Counted from the first letter of the stretch, positions 20,331-32,519 are shown. The stretch: DNA of 64,000 nucleotides from an uncultured Planctomycetota bacterium (GCA_963845755.1 CAWJTV010000009.1:64001-128000), one strand, 5' to 3'. Notes: generated by a model not told the origin, from the letters alone. Made by a program: numbers and translations.

Positions 20331-20469
20331 CCCGTTCGCTCGCACCTTCGAGAAGATCATCGAGGAACTCAAGAACATGACCCCGGAGGAATTCCGGCAG
20401 TCGCTCTTCCACGCCGGCATTGCGAACGAGGACGGAACGCTCAGGGACGAGTACAAACGGCGCCGGTAA
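20323..20469 (+). CDS. Small helical partner protein (48-60 aa), candidate antitoxin
   Basis: MPSPFARTFEKIIEELKNMTPEEFRQSLFHAGIANEDGTLRDEYKRRR; start overlaps the end of the ART-like gene (alternative ATGs at 20287/20296). Confidence 0.65.
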   Translation: MPSPFARTFEKIIEELKNMTPEEFRQSLFHAGIANEDGTLRDEYKRRR

Positions 20470-20492
20470 GACGGTTTCATCCCGCCGGTCGG

Positions 20493-21575
20493 TCATTGTC
20501 CTTCGGACCGCGTGCGATTCCACACGCTGCGGGGATACTCCAGCTTGAGGCGTTGTGCGAACTCGTCGGCGCGGGCGTCTTGTTTGAGCGCGCGAAACAT
20601 CGCGGAGATCGAGTAGAGGGCGCGGGGGTGCTCCTCCTTGTCCTTGTTGTAGAGCACGTCGGTATGGAGATAGGCGATGAGCGCGTCCTTGGGTCGATTG
20701 GCGGCGCGGAGGCAGTCGCCGAGCGTGTTATAGGCGGGTGCCTGGGCGGCGGCGTCCTCGGGGGGGTTGGCCTGGATGACATCCCGGAGGAGGGCCTCGG
20801 CTTCCGGGAACTTCTTCATGCCGGCCAGGCTTTCCGCCTTGGCCAGCATCGCGGCGCGTTGCCGCTCGGAACCCTTGGGTGACGAGGCGATGAGCCGGTC
20901 CAGCTCGGCGATGGCTTCGCTATGCTTGCCTTGTCGTGCGAGGACCTTGGTCCGCAGGACGGCGGCACGATCGGCGGTCTTGGGAAACTTCGCCAGCTCG
21001 GCGATGGTGGCATTGGCCCCGGCGAAGTCGCTGGCATGGATCTGCAATCGGGCCAGGCTCTCGCGGGCCGCCACCAGATGGCGGCTATTGGAGTAGGATC
21101 GCAGGAACTGGTTGAGTTTGTCCCGGGCGCCCTTCATCCGCTCGGGCTCGACCAGCGCCAGGTCTCCCAGGACCCGGGCCTCCCGGAAGAGGGCGGCCTG
21201 GTGCGGATACGGCCGGCTGGCCGTCTCGGTCGCCGCCTTCTTGAACAGGTCGGCGGCCTCGGCCAGTTGACCGGCCGACTCGCGGCTCTCGGCCAGTTGG
21301 AACGTCGCGGTCTGGCCGTCATACCGGATCGAGACGATCTGGTCGGTCGGGACCGAGATCGTATTGGCCCCCAGAAGGACCACGACCTCGCTGGGCGACT
21401 CCGATTGGACCTGGCCCAGCACCCGTCCGCCGATCTGCTGCTTCACGGTCGTCCCACGGATGAGCGACACCTCGTCGCCCCGGACCATGGCTGGCAACAA
21501 GCCCAGGGCGAACCCGACGAGAAGCACCGCGAGAACCGGCTGGAGAATGGACCGTCGCGAGAGTCGTGCCATCAT
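20493..21575 (-). CDS. Secreted tetratricopeptide-repeat protein
   Basis: Signal peptide, helical repeats, AYNTLGDCL...DALIAYLHTDVLY...HPRALY...LKLEYPRSVW; AAGGA RBS. Confidence 0.85.
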   Translation of the reverse strand: MMARLSRRSILQPVLAVLLVGFALGLLPAMVRGDEVSLIRGTTVKQQIGGRVLGQVQSESPSEVVVLLGANTISVPTDQIVSIRYDGQTATFQLAESRESAGQLAEAADLFKKAATETASRPYPHQAALFREARVLGDLALVEPERMKGARDKLNQFLRSYSNSRHLVAARESLARLQIHASDFAGANATIAELAKFPKTADRAAVLRTKVLARQGKHSEAIAELDRLIASSPKGSERQRAAMLAKAESLAGMKKFPEAEALLRDVIQANPPEDAAAQAPAYNTLGDCLRAANRPKDALIAYLHTDVLYNKDKEEHPRALYSISAMFRALKQDARADEFAQRLKLEYPRSVWNRTRSEGQ

Positions 21576-21586
21576 TCGCCATTCCT

Positions 21587-24351
21587 TTATTTCTGGGAGA
21601 GTCGCGCAATCAGGGCCTGATATTTCGTCTTCATTTCGGGGCTACCGACGCCGGGCGTCAACCGCATCACGCTCTGGAGCGTCTGGCGGGCCTTGAGCGT
21701 TTCTTTCTGCTTCGAGAGCACATAGGCGACGTGGTACCAGGCGTCGTAATAGAACGCCGGGCGCGGCCGGAGTCGCTCCAGTTTCCGAGCGAGGCCCTCC
21801 CAGTGCTTCAGAGCCGCCGACCATTCGCCTTTCCGCGCCTCGGCCTCGGCCTCCAGGAGCAGGCCCTTCTCGAACTGCGGCTCGATGAACCGGGAATTCT
21901 GGGCGAGGAGCTCCTCGACGAGCGAGCTAGCCGCCTCGAACTTCCGTTCCCCCCGAAGGGCCGCGGCGATCTTGAGCCGGGTGCGGAGCAGGCGATCGCG
22001 GCCATGGGGCTGTTGCAGGAACTGAGGATCCTGGGTGAAGTCCTTCAAGACGCGCTGGAGCACCTCCTCGGCCTCCTGGTAGGCGTCGAGCGACAGGAGG
22101 CTCTCGCCGGCCCATTCCAGCGAGTCGTAGGTCTGGCCGGTCTTGCTCGCCGCCAGCGTGGTCAGGAAGGTCTTGTAAGCCTGGTGCATCTGGACGAAGG
22201 CCCGGGAATTCCCCTTCTGGCGCAGTGCGTCCAGCTCGCGCTCCAGGAGCCTGCCGAGCTTGTAGTAGAGCTGGGCGAGGTTGGTACCTCCGCCCCCCTG
22301 CTCCAGCGACTTCATGGTGGCGATGGCCTGTGGGACCTGGTTGGTGGTGATGTAGGCGGTGAGCTGCGCCTCCATCAACCGCGAGTAGTTTGGCCCGGAC
22401 TTGACGCTCTGCGCCTTGACGACCGGGTCGAGGAGCTGGAGCGCTTCGGCGCCTTCCCCATCTCGGTGAGCACGATGGCCAGATCGCCGACATTTCCCAC
22501 CAGGCCGGGGTCGGTCGGTCCGGCCCCGGACTCGCGCCGCGCCTTGAGGGCGACCTGGAGGATCTCGATGGACTTCTGAGATTCGGCCGCCGCGGCGGCG
22601 GCGTTTCCCTCGCGTTCGAGCACACGGCTCTTGGCCCAGTGGGCCGCGCCGAGCCGCGACTGCGCCTCGAACCACTTGCTGGAGCGGCGGCGGACCGCCC
22701 CGAACGCCGCGATCGCCTGGTCGTAGTGGCCGCGACCGGATTCGATCTGGCCGAGATTCAAGCGGGCATCGTCCCCTTCGTCGCGGTCGGGCCAGGTCTC
22801 GGCCGTGTAGGTCGCCAGCCGCACCAGCCGGTCGAGGTCGGCACCGCGATCGATCTCGGTGTACGTGTTGTAGGCCTCCGCCAGTGCCTGCATGCCGATC
22901 GCCGTCGCCTTGGAGGACAGCCCCCCCTGCGGATAGCGACGGGACAGGTGTTCCGACAGGATGTTGGACTCGTAATACTGCTTGTTCATGAAGTAGCAGA
23001 ATGCCAGGTTGTAGCGGGCCAGGTTCAAGTTGTCGATCTCGCGGGCGGGGTTGACCTTGTTCATCGCCGCCTTGAGCAGCGTAATCGCGCGATCCCATTC
23101 GTGGGCGTAGATGGCGTCATCCGCCCGACTCATGACATCCGCGAAGGGCAGGCGCGCGATCTCCTCGGCCTTGACCGCGGCGCTGGGCTTGTACTTCTTG
23201 AGCAGGGCGATGGCCTCGTTCTTGTACGGCGAGGCGTATCGGACCACCTGCCCCACGGTGTCGACGATGAGCTTGTGGGCCTTGGCACGATCGGCGTCCT
23301 CGATCTCCGGCATCTGGGCATCGACGGCCTTGGCCAGCTCGAGCTGCACGCCCAGCCCCTCGTTCGACCGCCGTTCCTCACGCTGGTTGTACTTGGCCAG
23401 CCAGCGGGTGGCCTCGTCGCCGGCCAGTGCGTACTGCTTGCGCCGGGCCAGCGCGACGATGTAGAAATAGCCCACATGACGCTGGAGCGCACGGAGCCGG
23501 GGGTCCGTATGCTGGAGGAGCTGCTTGTAAAGGCCGATCGCGGCTCCGACGTCCCCCTGCTCCTCGTAGCACTTGGCCTGCCACATCTGGGCGGCCAGGC
23601 CGGCCATCTGCTCGCGATAACTCTTGTAGAGCGAGTCGAATTGCTCCAGCGCGGTCTTCAGGGACTTGGTCCGGTCGGCGGAGTTGACCGGATAGGTCTG
23701 GGCCAGCTCGTAGTCGGCGACACCCTTCTGAAGCATCGCGTCGAGGTAGGTCGTATAGACGGCGTCCCGGGCGGCCCGCCGCGGGTCATCCGCGGGCATG
23801 GAGACCGGGAAGGTCTTGTAGGCAGCGGCCAGGGCCTCGACCGACTTGCCATACGCCTCGTGGGCCTGGGCGAACGCGGCACGGGCATCGTTGACCTTGG
23901 CCTCCTTCTTCGCCTTGTCCTGCGTGTCCTCACTCTGGAGCATCGCCAGATGGCCGCGTTCGAGGAGGAGCTTGGCCAACTGCACCATGGCGTCGCGGGC
24001 CTCGGGGCGCTGGGGCTGGGCCTTGACGAAGCCGTCGAGCTTGTCGCGCGCCTCCTTCAATAACTCCTCGCGCAGGACCAGGTCGCTCGACCGGGACGCC
24101 TCGTCGATCAGCGTGCGACCTTCTTCATAGTCGAGTACCGCCTTGATGTCGTTGGACACGGCGGGATCGGCGCGGAGTTGCGTGATGTAGTAGAGCGCCC
24201 AGTCGTGGTATCCCTGGCTCTTGAGTCCCTGGAGGAACTGGCTGACCGTTCGAGGATCCTCGGACGCCCGGGCTGGAGCGGCGATCAAGCCGACCCCCGC
24301 AAGACTTACGGCGAGAACGAACCCACGGCATCCGACGGCGCAGCGCGACAT
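21587..24351 (-). CDS. Large secreted TPR/alpha-solenoid protein; frameshift near 22451
   Basis: ATG 24351 with AGGAG RBS and signal peptide; 695-aa ORF ending LTEMGK joins EALQLLDPVVK... in the 21587 frame. Confidence 0.85.
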
Positions 24352-24580
24352 GAGCGGCTCCTGGCTCTCGATGACCCCCGGACGGATCCCTCGTCCCCGG
24401 TCGATCCGATCCCTAGGGCGGATCGCCGCCGGCTCGGACGTCAGGGAGTCCACTCCTATCAATCTAAGACGGCCCGGGAGAGCCCGTCAAGCGGACCGGC
24501 GGTTGTGTCTCCTCGATCGCCCATCAACCGCCAGCCGTCAAGGTTAACGCCTCTTGCCAGGTGCCTTCGCTCGTGCCACC

Positions 24581-26044
24581 ATGGCACGGAACCCGATGGA
24601 AACCGTGTCCCACGACCAGGATACCCGCGTGTCGCGATACTTCAAGTACAAGACGGGCCAGGACTTGGTGACGGACGCCCGGGCGCTCGGCCTGGATCTT
24701 GGCCTGAGTGACGATCTGTCCGGGCTCCTCCAACCGATCGACGTCGGCGGCCGGCGCATCGGGAACCGGCTGGCGATCCAGCCGATGGAGGGGTGCGACG
24801 GTGAGCCGGACGGGGCTCCCGGAGAGTTGACGTTCCGCCGTTATCGGCGGTTCGGCGCGGGCGGTGCCAAGCTGATCTGGGGCGAGGCGGCCGCGGTCGT
24901 CCCGGAAGGGCGGGCCAATCCCCGACAACTGGTCATCCATGAGGCGACCGCCCCGGGGCTGGAACAACTCGTGCGGACAGCCCGCGCGTCGCACGTCGAG
25001 GCGACTGGCGACGACGGCGACCTCCTCATCGGCTTGCAACTGACGCACTCGGGCCGATATTCCTTCTCGCGCCCGCTCCTGGCCCAGCACGACCCGCTCC
25101 TGGATCCCCGGACCATCGCCGACAAGGCCATCGGCCGGATCGTCGGACCGGAGGATCCCCTCCTCTCCGATGCCGAGCTCGACCGGCTCCAGGATCGTTA
25201 CGCCGACGCAGCCGCCCTGGCCTACCGGATCGGCTTCGACTTCGTGGATATCAAGCAATGTCATCGGTACTTGCTCAACGAGCTCCTCGCCGCCCGGTCG
25301 CGCCCGGGCCGGTACGGCGGCTCGCTGGAAAACCGGACCCGCTTCGTTCGCGAACTGGTGGCGCGCATCCGGTCCGAGAATCCCGGCCGGATCATCGCCA
25401 CGCGCTTGAACGTCTTCGACGGCGTCCCGTATCAGAAGGGCGCGGACGGTCGCGGGGTCCCCTGCCCTTTCATCACTCCGGTCCAATCCGTCTGGGGGAC
25501 CAATCCGGACGATCCCTCCCAGCCCGACCTGGCGGAGCCCATCGCCCTGATCGGCTGGCTCCGTGACCTGGGCGTTTCATTGATCAACGTCTCGATCGGC
25601 AACCCGTACGCGAGTCCCCACCTGCTCCGACCTTTCGAGTACCCCCCGCCGGACGGCTACGAGACGCCCGAGCATCCGCTGATCGGCGTGGACCGGCACT
25701 TCCGGCTGACCGCGGCGATCCAGGCGGCCTATCCGGACCTCGCCGTGGTCGGCTCGGGCTATAGCTGGCTCCAGGCGTTCGCGTTCGAGGCCGGTGCGGC
25801 GAACGTTGCCGCGGGCCGGACGACGTTCGTCGGCATCGGCCGCGGCGCGCTGGCCCAGCCCGAATTCGCGCTCCGGCTCATGCGCGGCGAGCCGCTGGAC
25901 CGCAAGCGACTCTGCCGCACCTTCAGCTATTGCACGGCCTTGATGCGCTCCAAGCACAACGAGCTGGGCCAATTCGCCACCGGCTGCCCGCCATTCGACA
26001 AGGAAGTTTATGGGCCGATCTGGGATGAGGCTCGTTCCCCGTAG
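24581..26044 (+). CDS. NADH:flavin oxidoreductase / Old Yellow Enzyme family
   Basis: NRLAIQPMEGCD, GGAKLIWGEA, QLTHSGR, GFDFVDIKQCHRYLLNELL, YGGSLENRTRF. Confidence 0.92.
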   Translation: MARNPMETVSHDQDTRVSRYFKYKTGQDLVTDARALGLDLGLSDDLSGLLQPIDVGGRRIGNRLAIQPMEGCDGEPDGAPGELTFRRYRRFGAGGAKLIWGEAAAVVPEGRANPRQLVIHEATAPGLEQLVRTARASHVEATGDDGDLLIGLQLTHSGRYSFSRPLLAQHDPLLDPRTIADKAIGRIVGPEDPLLSDAELDRLQDRYADAAALAYRIGFDFVDIKQCHRYLLNELLAARSRPGRYGGSLENRTRFVRELVARIRSENPGRIIATRLNVFDGVPYQKGADGRGVPCPFITPVQSVWGTNPDDPSQPDLAEPIALIGWLRDLGVSLINVSIGNPYASPHLLRPFEYPPPDGYETPEHPLIGVDRHFRLTAAIQAAYPDLAVVGSGYSWLQAFAFEAGAANVAAGRTTFVGIGRGALAQPEFALRLMRGEPLDRKRLCRTFSYCTALMRSKHNELGQFATGCPPFDKEVYGPIWDEARSP

Positions 26045-26094
26045 GGTGGCATCGATTGCTGGATCTCGGCGGTTCTAGCCACGGAAACTCTGAG

Positions 26095-26240
26095 CCACAG
26101 AGTCCCAGAGATCACAGAGAAGACAGAAGGACCGAGCAATTCCGGTTTTCGGTCTGAGCCTCCAGGAGGAAGCGATTGCCAGAGCGCTGACGGGATCAGA
26201 ACACGTATACATTTTCTCTGTGTGCTGTGTGACTCTGTGG
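26095..26240. repeat. CCACAGAG/CTCTGTGG-type inverted repeat between convergent genes
   Basis: CCACAGAGTCCCAGAGATCACAGAGAA ... TTCTCTGTGTGCTGTGTGACTCTGTGG. Confidence 0.65.
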
Positions 26241-26257
26241 TGACATGTGTATCACGG

Positions 26258-27630
26258 TCAGCCGATCAGTTCCCGGATCACCTCTCCATTGGAGCCGATC
26301 TTGATCGGCTGGCCGCCGCGGTTGGCGAACGTCGTCTCGGGATCGATGCCGAGCTGGTGATAGAGCGTCACCGCCAGGTCCTGGGGACGGACCGGGCGAT
26401 TCCTGGGACGTTCGCCCCGGGCATTGGATGCGCCGACGATCTGTCCGCGCGCGATTCCTCCGCCCGCGATGAGGACGCTCATGACGTTCCCCCAGTGGTC
26501 GCGGCCCGGGACCGGGTCGGATCCGGGCACGCCCTTCTTGTTCATCCGGGGCGTGCGGCCGAATTCGCCCATGACGATCACCATCGTCGAGTCGAGCAGG
26601 CCGCGAGAGTCCAGGTCCTCGATCAGGCTGGAGACGGTCGCATCCACGATGGGCAGGACGCGTGCATGCCCCTCTCGAGGCTCGAGTGGAAGTCCCAGCC
26701 GCCGAAGGTCAGGGTCACGAACCGGACGCCCGCCTCGACCAGCCGGCGGGCCAGGAGCGCACTCTGCCCCCATTGATGCCGCGAGTAGCGATCGCGGAGC
26801 CGAGGGTCTTCCGTGCTCAGGTCGAACGCCTCGCGCGCCGCCTGCCCCAGGACCAGCGAGAACGCGTCCTGCTCGAACCGGTCGAAGCCGCTCGCGAGGC
26901 CCGATGCGTCGAAGGCCCGACGCGTCTGGTCCAGGGTGGCCAGCAGACCGCGGCGGCCGTCCATGCGATGCGGATTCACGTCGCCGGGGAGGGTCAGGTT
27001 GGGAACGAGATATCCCGCGGAATTGGGATCGCCGTCGGCATTGAACGGGTTATACGTCGAACCGAGATACGCCGCGCCGTGATAGCCCGGCGCGATGCCC
27101 ACCGAATGGGTGTTCGGCAGTCCGACGTACGGCGGCATCCCCGGCTTCCTCGCCCCTTTGATCCGGCCGATGATCGAGCCGACCGACGGATACTGCGGGG
27201 CCAGGCTCCGCGCGTTGGACCCGAGATAGCCGGTCAACATCCAGTGCGCCGCCGCGAAATGATCGCCGTTGTCGTGATGCAGCGACCGGATGAGCGACAC
27301 CTTGTCCAGCAGGCGCGCGTGGTTCGGCAGCAGCTCCGAGACCTGCACGCCCGGCAGCGCCGTCGAGATCGCCTTGAGCGGGCCGCGAAATTCGGCGGGT
27401 GCCTCGGGCTTGGGATCATAGGTCTCGTGCTGCGGCGGCCCACCATCCAGCCAGATCAAGATCACCGACCGCTCGGGAACCGACGTCCCTTGGCTCCCCG
27501 AAGCAAGAGCCCGGGCTCGCAGCACATCCGCCAGTGTCAATCCCGCCAATCCCAGTGACCCGACTTTGAGGAAACTGCGCCGGCTGACGCCGTCGCAACG
27601 CCGTGGAGATGGACTCGTGAGCTCGAGCAT
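26258..27630 (-). CDS. DUF1501 domain protein (Tat-like N-terminus); frameshift near 26662
   Basis: CDGVSRRSFLKVG, WLDGGPPQHETYDPKP, LLARRLVEAGVRFV, GWDFH; continues in ORF 26258-26773 with GEFGRTPR and GRDHWG. Confidence 0.9.
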
Positions 27631-27708
27631 CGTGGTATCTCCTGACTCACCTCGACCGCCGACGGATCCCCCACAGTTCACCCCAGCCTTGATCCGAACG
27701 CAAGACCG

Positions 27709-27730
27709 ATGTTAAATAAAAATTTAGCAT
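27709..27730. promoter_or_regulatory. AT-rich palindrome, candidate transcription-factor site
   Basis: ATGTTAAAT-AAAA-ATTTAGCAT (8/9 inverted match) in the divergent DUF1501/TPR intergenic region. Confidence 0.45.
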
Positions 27731-27950
27731 CCCGCTCGGGGTTTGTCACGGGAGCAGCGGTCGGAAAGGAGTCGAAAGCAGACGTTCGATCAGCGTCTCC
27801 CGTCAGGTCAAAACCGCACATACCAAAATGGCCGGAGATCCTCATTTACTGGTATGTCTGCGGCATGGCTACCATGATTCGTGGTTGCGAGGGATTTGCT
27901 GGATATCACCAGTGCGAGTGTCGTGCATTCCGTAACGGGAGATCCTGATC

Positions 27951-30113
27951 GTGCCACGGTTTACTTGCGGCTTTTGTGTCGAGCGATTCCGCTCGGGACT
28001 GGTCTTGCTGTTCCTGGTGCTGAATGGGGCTTCAGCGGCACTTGCTCAGACGGGCGAGGCGAAGCCGAAGGACGGACCCGGGATCGCGGTGGGGATCTCG
28101 GTCGTCCTCAAGTTCTCAGATACACCGCTGAATGACGACGGGCGACTCGTCCCGATCGAGAATTACCTCTTCTCGTTGAAGGTGGAGCGGGTTGACGGCG
28201 ATCGCGTGCTAATCGTCTCGCGCGATGGCAAGAAGCGCGGGTGGCTCGGCGTCGATCGAGTCGTGCCGCTCGATCGGGCCGTCGCCTACTTCGATGGTGT
28301 GCTCGCGACGGACCCAAAGAACGCTGATGCCTACTGGTCACGCGGCCGGCTCTGGCTGGATCGCAAGGATTTCGGACGCGCCAGGGCCGACCTGGATCGC
28401 GCGATCGAGCTGGAGCCGAAGCGAGCCTGGTACCACGTCTCCCGAGGGGACATCGAACTCGAGCAAAACCAGTTCGATCCAGCCATCACCGAGTGCGACA
28501 CGGCGATCCAACTCGACCCCAAGCTCGCGTCGGCTTATCTGACCCGTGCGATGGCCTGGGCCAGGAAGGGCGAATACGCACGGGCGAAGCCGGACCTGGA
28601 CGAGTCGATCCGCCTCAATGCGACCAATCCTTTGGCCTGGTCCGAGCGCTATTTCTTTTGGATGCACGAAGGGAACATCGAGGATGCCCTGAAGGACATC
28701 AATGAGGCCATTCGCATTGATCCCAAGAACCCCGCTTGGTACCTCCAGCGATGTAGTGTCTGGGTGCGAAAGGGGCATCGCGAAAAGGAGCTATGGGATC
28801 GGGCCATCGCCGATTGCAACAAGACGATCGAGCTCGATCCCAAACGCGCGTTGGCTTACCTGGAACGTGGGATGGCTTGGGCCTTGAAGCGTGACTACGT
28901 GCGGGCGAAGCTGGACGTGAACGAGTCGATCCGCCTCGATCCGACCAATCCCATTGCCTTGTCCCAGCGCTCTTCCTTTTGGATGGCGAAGGGGACCTGG
29001 AGAATGCTCTGAAGGACATCGACGAGGCCATTCGCCTCAATCCCAGGGACCCCGATCGGTACCTCGAGCGAGGTGAGGTCTGGGTAGGTAAGGGGAATCG
29101 CGAAAGAGCGCTGGCTGACTTCGCGGAGGCGATCCGTCTCCGGCCGAATCACGATTCCGCTTACGCGCGGCGCGGGATGGCATGGGAAGCCATGGGCCAG
29201 TACGAAAAGGCCATCACCGACTTCACCGAGGCCATCCGGCTCAATCCCAAGAAGTCTTGGAATTACCTGTTACGGGGAGATGTCTGGCGGGAGAAAAAGG
29301 AGTTCGACAAGGCCCTCGCCGACTACGACCAGGCCGTCGAGCTCGATCCGAAGGAGGCTCCTCTCTATTACGGTCGAGCCATGGTCTGGGGGGAGAGACA
29401 CGACCGTCTGAAACAAGTCGCCGATCTCACCGAGGCCATCAAGCTCGATCCCAAGAACGGTCTCTATTGGGAGTTCCGTGGCTATTCTTGGTCGAATCAA
29501 GGAAAGCACGCCGAGGCGATTGCGGACTACGACGAGGCCATCCGGCTCGATCCCAAGGATGCAAGTTTCTACTCCGCCCGCGGGTTCGAGTGGGCGAAGG
29601 ACCTGGAGCCCGAGAAAGCCCTGGCCGACTTCAACCGCGCGCTCGAGTTCAACCCGAAGCACGCTTTCGCATACAGAGGTCGCGGTAGCGTCTGGGAGAT
29701 GGGAGGCCAGTACGACAAGATGGCGGGCAATTACAGCGGGATGGTCCGCGCATTGCCCGAGGATCCCTACGGGCACCGACTGCTCGCCTGGGTTCTGGCG
29801 ACCTGTCCCGTCCCGGCAATCCGCGACGGCAAGCGGGCCGTGGCGGAGGCCACCGTGGCCTGCCAGTTGACGCAATGGAAGGATCCCGACTGTCTCGACA
29901 CCCTGGCCGCCGCCTGCGCCGAGGCCGGCGATTTCGATGCGGCCGTCAAATGGGTGACCCAGGCCATCGGCCTGGAGCAAGCGCGGAATTTCCGAACGGC
30001 CGATTTTACAAAGGAATTCAAGATGAGAGACCACCTCGTCTCTTTACAAGAGGCGTCAACCCTATCACGAGAAACCGGCCAAGGGCGTTCGCAACCGAAC
30101 TCCGGAAGACTGA
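27951..30113 (+). CDS. Secreted TPR protein; frameshifts near 28990 and 30040
   Basis: Many A..D...AI.LDPK.A.AY..RG repeats; C-terminal LAWVLATCP...RDGKRAV...AC.LT.W.DP..LDTLAAA; alternative frame gives ..LYKRRQPYHE..* matching the paralog's end. Confidence 0.85.
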
Positions 30114-30297
30114 ATCCCGGTTCGTCCGAGCGTCGAGGGAGTAGGACATTCCCACTTGGCTTCCAGGTGCCGGCGCCGTTACGATAGAGGGCCGCGAGGA
30201 TCTCCGCATTCGCCTCGCCGAGGCTACTGGCTCGCCGAATTTCCCACCCCAGAGTCTCTCTCACTCATCGCGCCTTCGATCGCCGGAGCGTCACACC

Positions 30298-31986
30298 ATG
30301 AGGATGTCCTGCCGTCACTTACCCTCGACTGGCCGCCGGCTGTGCCTGACCTCGCTCATCATTGACCTGGCCATCGCACTGGCGGCGCCGATGGCGGGTG
30401 CTCGCCAGGTCTCCTCGGAGCCCGAGATCGAGCCCTGGCTTTCCCCGGGGACGGAGGTCGTGCTCAAGGACCCGAATACCCCGATCCGCGATCGGGAGTG
30501 GCTGGCACTGAGTGGGGACCACCTCATCTTCCTGATCGAATCCGTCCAGGGCGAACGGCTCCTGGTGGCCTCGCGCGATAAGACGCAGGGCGGCTGGCTG
30601 CGCCGCGATCAGGTCCTCGACCTGGAAAGTGCCGTCAACTACTTCACTCGCGAGATCGAGCGGATTCCGCACCATGCCGATGCCTACTGGATGCGGGGAC
30701 GGGTGTGGGCCTATCGTGCCGAAGATGAGCGGGCCCTTGCCGACTTCGATCGAGCGATCCAGCTTGGTCCCGATCAGGCTCCCTACCATGTCCGGCGCGC
30801 CGTGATCCTCATCCGAACCCGGCAATTCGACAAGGCCCTGGCCGATTGCGACAAGGCGATCGCGCTCGATCCCAAGAGGCGCGGGGGCTTACGTGCTCCG
30901 GTCGAGCATCCGGCTCTCACGCGGCGAGACGCCAGCGTGCCCAGGCCGACCTCGACCAGGCCATTCGCCTCGACCCCCTCAATCCACCGGCTCGCCCCAT
31001 CATCGCCGCCGCCGATCGAAACGCCCGCGAGGTCGAAGCCCGTGCAGCCGGGGTGCGCCTCCTTTTGGCTCTGAACCTGGAGGAAGAACAACGGTCCGGC
31101 CTGCCCGCCGACGATCCGGAGAAAGCCGCTCGCTCCGAGCCGAAAACCGTCCCGGAGCTGCTGGATCGCGGCCAGACGCTGCTCAACCAGAAAGACTATA
31201 ACGCGGCGATCGCCGACTTCACCCGGGCGATCCAGCTCGATCCGAATTCGGCGAAATCGTATGCCTATCGCGCCCAGGCCTGGGGGGTCAAGCACAGGCG
31301 AGACCAGGAAATCGCCGACCTCGACCAGGCGATCCGCCTCGAACCGAAGAATATCCTGTACCGCGTCTCGCGGGCCGGCGCATGGTCGGTCCAGGGACGC
31401 CACGAGCAGGCGATGGTCGACTATGACGCCGCGATCCAGTTGGAGCCAACCAACCCCATGCTCTACGTGGCGCGGGGAAACGAATGGCGTCGGCATGTGA
31501 AGCTCGACCTGGCGGTGGCCGACTATGACCGGGCGATCCGCCTCGATCCCAATTACTTGAACGCCTACATTGCGCCGCGCCCTGATCACCAAGCAACGGC
31601 GGCAGTTCGACCGGGCCGTCGTCGAATTCAACGAGATCATCCAGATCGCCCCCGAGAATGCCGAGGTCCATCGAAACCTCGCGCGGATCCTCGCGACGTG
31701 CAACAACAATCGCGTCCGCGACGGCAATCGCGCGGTGCGCGAGGCGATCCGAGCGTGTGAACTGACCAACTGGCGCGATCCCGACTGCATCGATACGCTC
31801 GCCGCGGCATACGCCGAGATCGGCGATTACCCGCTGGCCGTCCAGTGGCAGAAGAAGGCCATCGAGCTCCTGCGCCAGAACGTCCCGTCCGCACTCCAGA
31901 GGGCGATGGATTTCAACGGTCGCCGGGGCGTGGGCTTCGATGATCGCCTGGCCTTCTACAAACGGAATCGCCCCACTCGCGAATGA
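30298..31986 (+). CDS. Secreted TPR protein, paralog of 27951-30113; frameshifts near 30878, 30930 and 31575
   Basis: Same N-terminal domain (VVLKDPNTP...GWLRRDQV), TPR repeats spread across several ORF fragments, same C-terminal LARILATC...RDGNRAV motif. Confidence 0.82.
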
Positions 31987-32066
31987 CCCCGGCCCACCGG
32001 CCGCGGACGGTCCATCGCCGCCCTGTCCCCGACGTCCGACCCGTCCCCTTTCCGCAGCAAGGCCGA

Positions 32067-32519
32067 TCAGGCCTGCGATTGGAGGTAGGTCTCGACCATC
32101 ATCCTCAGTCCCCCATCGACCTCCAGCCCCATGGCCTTCCCCTTCGCGATCGTCTCCTCCGGGGTCCAGTGATTGGCGCGGGCCTGCTGGATCAGCAGCA
32201 AAGCCACGGCGCGTCCCCCCCTGCGGCAATGGACGAGCACCTTCTGCGAACTCTGCGCATGCTGGTCGACGAAGTCACAGACCGCGGTGACGCCCGGATC
32301 GGCCAGCGGCGCACCTCCCACGCCGTAGTGGAGGTAATCCATTCCCAGGGCGCGAACCTTCTCGCCCTCGACCTGCGGGCTCATCGGCTGCTCGGGCTCG
32401 CCCGGATTGCGGAGGTTCACCACGCCCACATAGCCTTCGCGCTTCAGCTCTTCCAGGTCAGCCTCCGTCGGCTGGTCTCCGATCGTGATCGTGGGAGTCA
32501 TCGGCTGCTTGACGTTCAT
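32067..32519 (-). CDS. DUF442/TIGR01244-like (beta-lactamase hydrolase-like, PTP/sulfurtransferase fold) protein
   Basis: GDQPTEADL...VVNLRNPGE...VLVHCRRGGRA; ATG 32519 with GGAGG RBS. Confidence 0.85.
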   Translation of the reverse strand: MNVKQPMTPTITIGDQPTEADLEELKREGYVGVVNLRNPGEPEQPMSPQVEGEKVRALGMDYLHYGVGGAPLADPGVTAVCDFVDQHAQSSQKVLVHCRRGGRAVALLLIQQARANHWTPEETIAKGKAMGLEVDGGLRMMVETYLQSQA

